Assembly: GCA_016204255.1 (NCBI GenBank)
Contig: JACQLA010000003.1
Coordinates: 250,088 to 309,928 of the forward strand
Direction of reading: 5' to 3'
DNA: 59,841 bases
From: Candidatus Microgenomates bacterium
GTDB taxonomy: Bacteria > Patescibacteriota > Microgenomatia > JACQLA01
Notes under the pieces: generated by a model
Seen by the model: the letters and a program-made list of their open reading frames with translations, nothing else
Databases searched by the model: none
Told to the model about the DNA's origin: nothing
Translations under genes and position numbers: made by a program
In this document: positions 53,658-59,841 of the stretch, one piece after another
Numbering within the stretch: position 1 is the stretch's first letter
How the letters are laid out: each line of letters starts with the position of its first letter

Positions 53658-54621
53658 TTCTGAGATAGCGCGTTACAACCATCTAAACGCTTCTCACCCA
53701 CGGAGCACACGGTTTTCCCGTACTCTCGCGGACGGCTATCCAAACATTGGCCTTCTATTATTCATAAATTCCCTGATTTTCAAAAGTTGGTCTATACCTT
53801 TCTCAGTAAGATGGTCTTTTTTCCTGAAAATCTCTGCTGCCTGGCAGAAAAGTTCAAAGTCCTTTCCCTTCTTACCTTTTAAGGGAAATTTCTTAAAGAA
53901 CGGAATAACCTTATGAAGAATATCGCCTTGTTTCCTAACGACAAACTTTACGTGAGGTTTCCATCCATATCTATCATAATTCAGTTCTACTATTCTTCCA
54001 CAGTCAAGCCTTTTTTGAATTAACTCCAAAATTGGTTTATCGTCTGCCCGAAGCTCAATTTCAAAACAAAGATTTGCATCCCTACCTGTTTTCTTTGTTT
54101 TATGCTTCGTTATCAGAATAGCAAAACATCCTTCCCCATCGGTAAAACCAACAATATACCACGGACTTAAAAACTTGTATGCACTCATGTTTGGTTAGCT
54201 TCGATCCTTCACCCCGATTAAATCGGGACTACTATGATCTCTGCAGACTTCCAGTATTTACTCGGTGTCAGTTCACACTGACACTTACTTCCATTGTTGA
54301 TTAACAACAAATAAAAGTCAATACTGGATCTCCCTTTGTAGCCATATTTTCCATCTATTATCATCTTGAGCCCAATTACCTAATTAGCTGTATTTAGTAA
54401 ATGGCTTCCCTATTTGTACGAAAGGTCGCCAACTGATTAGGCCGTCTCGACTTCAAGCTAATAACTGTTACTTTAGCCCTTCTCGCTCCAACATTACTGC
54501 AGGAGGATGCTATTTCGCTTTAAGAGCGTTACTTACTCTTAGAAGGATTTCCCGCTTCGACTTCGTCGAAGACGAGGCGAGTCACCTTCTGGAAAAAATG
54601 GCCGAAAGGCGCAATTTATTT
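53658..54621 (-). mobile_element. Group II-like intron (964 nt) at about E. coli 16S position 1396, with a LAGLIDADG ORF in domain IV
   Basis: Splits CTTGTACA|CACCGCC. TTGCGCC near the 5' end; GAAGTCTGCAGAGATCATAGTAG..GAAGGATCGAA domain III-like motif; CGC-triad domain V-like hairpin; domain VI-like stem with a bulged A. Confidence 0.8.
53736..54188 (-). CDS. Single-motif LAGLIDADG homing endonuclease
   Basis: WYIVGFTDGEGCF motif; VIPFFKKFPLKGKKGKDFELF tail. Confidence 0.95.
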   Translation of the reverse strand: MSAYKFLSPWYIVGFTDGEGCFAILITKHKTKKTGRDANLCFEIELRADDKPILELIQKRLDCGRIVELNYDRYGWKPHVKFVVRKQGDILHKVIPFFKKFPLKGKKGKDFELFCQAAEIFRKKDHLTEKGIDQLLKIREFMNNRRPMFG

Positions 54622-55074
54622 TGTACAAGACCCGAGAACGTATTCACCGCGGCCTGCTGATCCGCGATTACTAGCAATTCCGCGTTCATGGGGGCGGGTT
54701 TCAGCCCCCAATTCCAACTGAGGCGAAATTTTAGAGATTAGCATACCGTTGCCGGTTAGCCACTCGTTGTTATTCGCCATTGTAGTGTGTGTGTAGCCCA
54801 GGGCATAAGGGACGTGCTGACTTGACGTCGTCCCCGCCTTCCTCCCCCGATTTAATCGGGGGCAGTTCCCTTTGAAAAAATTTAACAAAGGGTGAGGGTT
54901 GCGCTCGTTATGGCACTTAAGCCTACACCTCACGGTACGAGCTGACGACAGCCATGCATCACCTGTTCTACCTTCCTTGCGGATCGTCCCGCTTTTCGGC
55001 GGAACTAAAACGGTAAAATGTCAAGCCCTGGTGAGGTTCTTCGCTTCGTCTCGAATTGAACCACACGCTCCACT

Positions 55075-55136
<62 letters not shown>

Positions 55137-56208
55137 CTCGCTTAACGGGTTACCTTACGACACTCAAGTAAACTCGAGTATCTAGCGAGCATCGTTTACG
55201 GCTAGGACTACGCAGGTCTCTAATCTGCTTCGCTACCCTAGCTTTCGTGCCTCAGCGTCAAAATTTGGCTAGAGGTCTGCCTTCGCTTTTGGTGTTCTTT
55301 CCGATATCAACGCATTTCACTGCTACACCGGAAATTCCAACCTCTCCACCAATTTTCAAGTCAGACAGTATCACACCCTTTTCTCTGATTAAGTCGGAGT
55401 CTTTAAGGTATGACTTACCTGACCGCCTACGCACTCTTTACGCCCAGTAAATCCGGATAATGCTTGCACCCTACGTATTACCGAGGCTTCTGGCACGTAG
55501 TTAGCAGGTGCTTATTCATCCCGACATACGTCGGAATAAAAGAGGTTTACAACCCGAAGGCCTTCATCCCTCACGCGGCGTCGCTGCGTCAGGCTTTCGC
55601 CCATTGCGCAATATTCCCGGTTGCTGCCACCCGTAGGTGTATGGACCGTATCTCAGTTCCATTCTGGGGGGTCGTGCTCTCACACCCCCTACCCGTCATA
55701 GGTTTGGTGAGCTATTACCTCACCAACTGCCTGATAGGACGCAGGCCACTCCCGAGGTGGGAAGTTAAGCCCTTTACTCCCCCGATTAAATCGGAGGAGA
55801 CCATGAGGGATTACCCCGTCTTTCGACGAGCTATACCTCTCCTCGGGGCATGTTCCTACGCGTTACTCAGCCGTCTGCCACTGATTTGGCTTGCGCCAAA
55901 CCCGTTCGACTTGCATACCTAAGGCACGCCGCCAGCATTCATCCTGAGCCAGGATCAAACTCTCAAAAAATGCCCGTCTCGACTGTCTTGCAACAGTAAG
56001 ACGAGGCGGATATTCCTGCTACATCCTGACTATCGAAAATTTAAAAAGTGATGTTTGCTTATTAAGTTTTAAAGGTGCTTATGATGCTGGACAAAGAAAA
56101 ACCCCGCCAAGCGGGGCCTTATTTCGTTATCCACTTGGGCAAAAATCACATCATCATAAATTTAAAATTCTTTTCTGCGCCAATTAAAAACCAACGCATT
56201 GCATATAT

Positions 56209-56237
56209 ATGATACAAAATTGCGGGTTCTTTGTCAA
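56209..56237 (-). promoter_or_regulatory. rrs sigma70 promoter
   Basis: TTGACA-17-TATCAT, about 240 nt upstream of the mature 16S. Confidence 0.8.
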
Positions 56238-56253
56238 TGACCAGCTGGTCTTT

Positions 56254-59200
56254 TTACGGCGCAACTTCTTCCCAAGTAATATCATCAGGATAAATATTTT
56301 TAGGCGCATTCATGATATAGCTCGGATTATAAGTAAAAATTTCTGCTGGATCATTAATATTGTCTAATTTTCTTTGAAGATTAAATCCGCCATGGGCAAC
56401 AAAGACACCGTTACCTTCTAACTGCTCGTCCGACCCGTCCGTGCCGGTAGAAATCTGTCCATCAGCCACATAAATTCCATCGATAGACTCAACTTCCTCA
56501 TCAATAATAATGTTGCCATTGCTGGGGCTTGTCTTTTTGACAAAGAAAGTAAAAGATCCATCCTGGGGAATTTTTATTCTGTCTGCAGAAAGGCCGGGAC
56601 CGATCTTTAAGTTGGCGCCATCAACAAAGATTAGAAATCGTTTTTTACCGGAAATTACCCAATTTCCGCTTAAGGTTAAATCGCCTTTTGTTGCTCCGTC
56701 CCAATATAAAATTTTCTCGCAATCCGTTCCTCCACCACTAGCCCCACCGGGGCTACATCCAATCGGACCATTACCGGAAGCCAACGCTTCTGTGGGTTTT
56801 ACCATGTTATAAAAATAGTCATAATTATACTTTACTCCACTGGAATAACGGTCATAGGAATAACCATTGGGAGGTGAACTGTTTTGATCGAGTAACCAGC
56901 CGGTCGAAGAAACATCCCCGGGATTAAAGGTAGCGGAACCGTTGGCAGAAACTACACCGGGATAATTATTTACAGGTAAAGAGAAGTTTTCCGAAGTAGG
57001 AGTCATCGCGCTTAAAGAACCTTGCACATGGACGTCTCCCCCGGCGGTCTGAAACCAGGAGCCCATTGTTCTGACAAAGAAATTATTGCTACTGGGTGCA
57101 GATACCGCATTAACTGTTCCCTTGCAACCAGGTTGACAGCCAGCGCAAACCCAATTATCAGGTAAAGAAGTTAAAGTTGTGACCGAATCTTTATAAAGCC
57201 AAAGGCTGTGAAGTCCTGAGGTCGGATTATCAAATAGAAAAGCCGAGTTGTTGGCATTATTAAATGGGTCCAGTTTTTCACCCGCCGTCATTGGGTCTAA
57301 TTTTGCTACAGCGGTGCTCCAGACCCCGCCTCCACCAACCGGAGACGCAGTAGCGACATTACAGGTATTATTCGGATCATTATAAACATTACCCTGAATC
57401 GACGGATTAATACATGTAAGAGACATTGCTACTTTAGTACCAGTGAGCACATTAGTGAGCTGCTCCCATGTTCCGGTTTGAGGATCCCTGGCTTCAACCT
57501 TAATGGAATGACTTACTCCGGTACTAATTAAACCCCAAAGATTTATATTAAAAGAGCAGTTGCCGCCCGTACACAAACCGGGAAGAGCGGTAAGATTAGC
57601 TCTGTATGTGCTGGCTATTCCCTCCGCCACTTTCACCCCGTCGGAAAAAACCCTGATATTCAACCGGGTATTTGGATTATCACGATCCGAAGCCCAACCC
57701 ATAGCCCGGCATTCGGTTGATCCCCGAATTGGCGGACTGGAATCACCCTCATGAAAACCTTCCGGCAGATTGCCGATGACCGAAAGAGTGTATGTGCTGC
57801 CACATTGCCAGGAAACTTGCTCGACATAAAAACGGAATTGATAGGTACCGACTTGGTCGACTGGCACCTGCCATTGAAAAACTCGCTGGGTGTAATTCCG
57901 AGGCCAACCTCCAACTACCACTGTTGTCGGCCGGTCAAAAGTAGCGCTAGGCCTCCCATAAGAGACCCGGGCTCCGGAAGGTGTATTGGCTCCTAAGTAA
58001 ACCGGTCTGGCCACTTGGGTTGCCCAAGGTCCCGAATTTTGATCATAGGCTTTGTAAGAAGCCATTTCCACTGTGACTGTAGTACCAACAGCTGCCGGAT
58101 TCGGACTGATAGACAGCCCTCCGCCCCCCCACTGCGCAGTAGTATCACCACAAATACAATATTTAACGTCGTACCGCTCAAAATCCCAATCACCACTCCA
58201 CTCACCGGTGCAACCACCACCAAATTTGTTTACCCAGTCACAATCATTGATATGCTGTTGGATTTCGTCTTTCCCGGGGCCATAACTTTGCTGTTCCCAA
58301 TTGGGGCCGCAGCCAAAATTCCCTCCCTCTGATTTACTTAGTTCATATGTTTCCAGCATGGTAGCCGGCTGATCACTCCAAATACCCGTGCCATATTTGC
58401 ATTCAACGCAAGACATCGGCCCCCCATCGCCTACACAATTTTTCGGATCCCACATACAAACGTTACTTGCGTTTACAAAACATTGAGAAGATGGTTGACA
58501 GCTAAAGGTGGCGCCATCAGAACAAAGGCTTTTATTGGGATCACCACCACAACCCCCGGCACAACTCCCGCAGGGCTGATCTGAACCGGGAGTAGGTGTT
58601 ACCGTAGATGTTGGCGTCGGGGGTGGCTCGCTACACCCCATACAACCGCCTGAACCACAGTCATTATATAAGTAGTCCCAAGTTCCCCCAGCGTTGCATT
58701 GCCAAACTTCCCGCTCGCACTGCCCGGGATAAGATACTTGGTCACAAGACCTTGTGGTGCACCTTGTATCATAGCTTCCCGGTAAACAACCGCCCCCGGA
58801 AAGAGGAGTAGGGGTTGGAGTAAAAGTGGGGGTGGGCGGCGGCCCGGGAGGATTTAGGCGGATCGTAAAATCTCTTGATTGGCCGTTGCAAATGGTGTTT
58901 GAATCACCACCAGGCTGTGGGGGTAATCTTCTAAAGCCGCTCTCGGTTCCAAGGGTCACATTAATATCATACGTCTTCGAACAGTTTAATCTGTGTATTC
59001 CAACGACCCGGCCGAAAGAATCAGCATCGTAGGTCCAAGAGTAAGTTCCATCTTTAAATGGCGTCTGACCACCGTCGGGTGAAGAAAAAACAACGCTCGC
59101 TCCCGAAGCTGGCGACCCATCCGACCTTTCGATTGTCAGGTTACCGATCATCGCCCCGATATTATTGATTTCTTTAACGTTGGGAGGGATAATGGTCACG

Positions 59201-59631
59201 TCTACATTATCTCCAGGGGTGTAGCGGGCACGCGCAAAAGCCCGTCCGGCAATATCGGTTAGACAACTTCCGGTATTATTTACCACCTGACTCTGAAAAG
59301 TTGCTCCCAAGGCCGCACCCACATCAACGGCACTTCCATTGGCAGGTATCGTAATCGTTCCGTAAACTGAAGGACTGGGGTTGGCAAAATATGTTGCCTC
59401 CCCGGGGGGATTACCGGTTCGAAAATCAATACCCCAAGTACCGGTAACTTCAAACGGTTCGCCGTCGGGGCTAGAAACAAAAAGTTTTGCCGTCGCATAA
59501 TCAGGACCAGAGATAAGCACAGGAATGTTAGCCTGTGATTCGATAACAATGCTGTTTTGAGCATGGGCCGGGTGAGGAATCAAAAGAAGAGCGAAAGGAG
59601 CAAGTAGTAGCGAGAATAGGATTTTTTTCAT
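56254..59631 (-). CDS. Large secreted Cys-rich multidomain surface protein (1125 aa)
   Basis: Signal peptide (..AHA), PTPTP linkers, about 37 Cys, Ig-like segments and a C-terminal WFQTAGGDVH..NG.FVA..FNLQR..PAE.F.Y.P domain. Confidence 0.88.
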   Translation of the reverse strand: MKKILFSLLLAPFALLLIPHPAHAQNSIVIESQANIPVLISGPDYATAKLFVSSPDGEPFEVTGTWGIDFRTGNPPGEATYFANPSPSVYGTITIPANGSAVDVGAALGATFQSQVVNNTGSCLTDIAGRAFARARYTPGDNVDVTIIPPNVKEINNIGAMIGNLTIERSDGSPASGASVVFSSPDGGQTPFKDGTYSWTYDADSFGRVVGIHRLNCSKTYDINVTLGTESGFRRLPPQPGGDSNTICNGQSRDFTIRLNPPGPPPTPTFTPTPTPLSGGGCLPGSYDTRCTTRSCDQVSYPGQCEREVWQCNAGGTWDYLYNDCGSGGCMGCSEPPPTPTSTVTPTPGSDQPCGSCAGGCGGDPNKSLCSDGATFSCQPSSQCFVNASNVCMWDPKNCVGDGGPMSCVECKYGTGIWSDQPATMLETYELSKSEGGNFGCGPNWEQQSYGPGKDEIQQHINDCDWVNKFGGGCTGEWSGDWDFERYDVKYCICGDTTAQWGGGGLSISPNPAAVGTTVTVEMASYKAYDQNSGPWATQVARPVYLGANTPSGARVSYGRPSATFDRPTTVVVGGWPRNYTQRVFQWQVPVDQVGTYQFRFYVEQVSWQCGSTYTLSVIGNLPEGFHEGDSSPPIRGSTECRAMGWASDRDNPNTRLNIRVFSDGVKVAEGIASTYRANLTALPGLCTGGNCSFNINLWGLISTGVSHSIKVEARDPQTGTWEQLTNVLTGTKVAMSLTCINPSIQGNVYNDPNNTCNVATASPVGGGGVWSTAVAKLDPMTAGEKLDPFNNANNSAFLFDNPTSGLHSLWLYKDSVTTLTSLPDNWVCAGCQPGCKGTVNAVSAPSSNNFFVRTMGSWFQTAGGDVHVQGSLSAMTPTSENFSLPVNNYPGVVSANGSATFNPGDVSSTGWLLDQNSSPPNGYSYDRYSSGVKYNYDYFYNMVKPTEALASGNGPIGCSPGGASGGGTDCEKILYWDGATKGDLTLSGNWVISGKKRFLIFVDGANLKIGPGLSADRIKIPQDGSFTFFVKKTSPSNGNIIIDEEVESIDGIYVADGQISTGTDGSDEQLEGNGVFVAHGGFNLQRKLDNINDPAEIFTYNPSYIMNAPKNIYPDDITWEEVAP

Positions 59632-59639
59632 AACTTTAC

Positions 59640-59840
59640 TTATTTCCCGATTAAACCAAGCTCTAACTTTACTACTGCCAGATATTTGTCTAACAGCGTT
59701 GGATCAACCCTGTCCGTGCGTTTCAAGATTAACCCTTGCGGATCGTACTTATCACGAATCTCTTGGGGAATAAATTTCCCCGCCAGAGGATCTCCGAGTT
59801 CGCGGATTCCTGCTTTAAGATTAGCTAACTCTTCACGAGC
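59640..59840 (-). CDS. C-terminal fragment of a hypothetical protein (start outside the window)
   Basis: Open frame AREELANLKAG...LELGLIGK-stop ending just before the start of the large protein. Confidence 0.5.
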   Translation of the reverse strand, partial: AREELANLKAGIRELGDPLAGKFIPQEIRDKYDPQGLILKRTDRVDPTLLDKYLAVVKLELGLIGK

Positions 59841-59841
59841 A

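Noticed and set aside
53658-54621. Classifying the 16S insertion as a group I intron because of the LAGLIDADG ORF
   Set aside because: There is no U-ending 5' exon with an omega-G end, whereas group II domain III/V/VI-like motifs are present.

Overview
Chromosomal segment of a Patescibacteria (CPR) bacterium, probably Microgenomates, using genetic code 11. The placement rests on 16S signatures (GTGCCAGAAGCCTCGG at the 515F site), short EF-Ts, archaeal-type ProRS, a TrpR-like gene and many small CPR-type membrane or secreted proteins. Housekeeping genes: rpsD, cysS, rrf2-DUF1858-iscS, dnaX-ybaB-mtnP-apt-prs-(trpR-like)-recR, rpsU-yqeY-ybeY, rpsB-tsf-frr-rseP, proS, thyX-like-tmk, a dUTPase-like gene and nrdJ. 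Accessory content: two toxin-antitoxin pairs, two-component genes, small secreted proteins and three genes broken at homopolymers. RNA genes: tRNA-Ile(GAT), tRNA-Cys(GCA), tRNA fragments and a stand-alone 16S rRNA gene. The 16S is interrupted at about E. coli position 1396 by a 964-nt group II-like intron encoding a LAGLIDADG endonuclease instead of a reverse transcriptase. The most striking unexplained structure is a palindromic-repeat system. A small GIY-YIG nuclease gene is enclosed by bipartite inverted repeats (GTCATTTCGA..GAGAAATCT / AGATTTCTC..TCGAAATGAC), and the same arms recur without the gene at about 7 other sites. A hairpin module carried in one of these elements (CCGAT-N3-ATCGG) also caps several 16S helices, an intron domain and a broken tRNA that encloses the intact tRNA-Ile. 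All family calls come from recognising motifs by eye; no searches were run.
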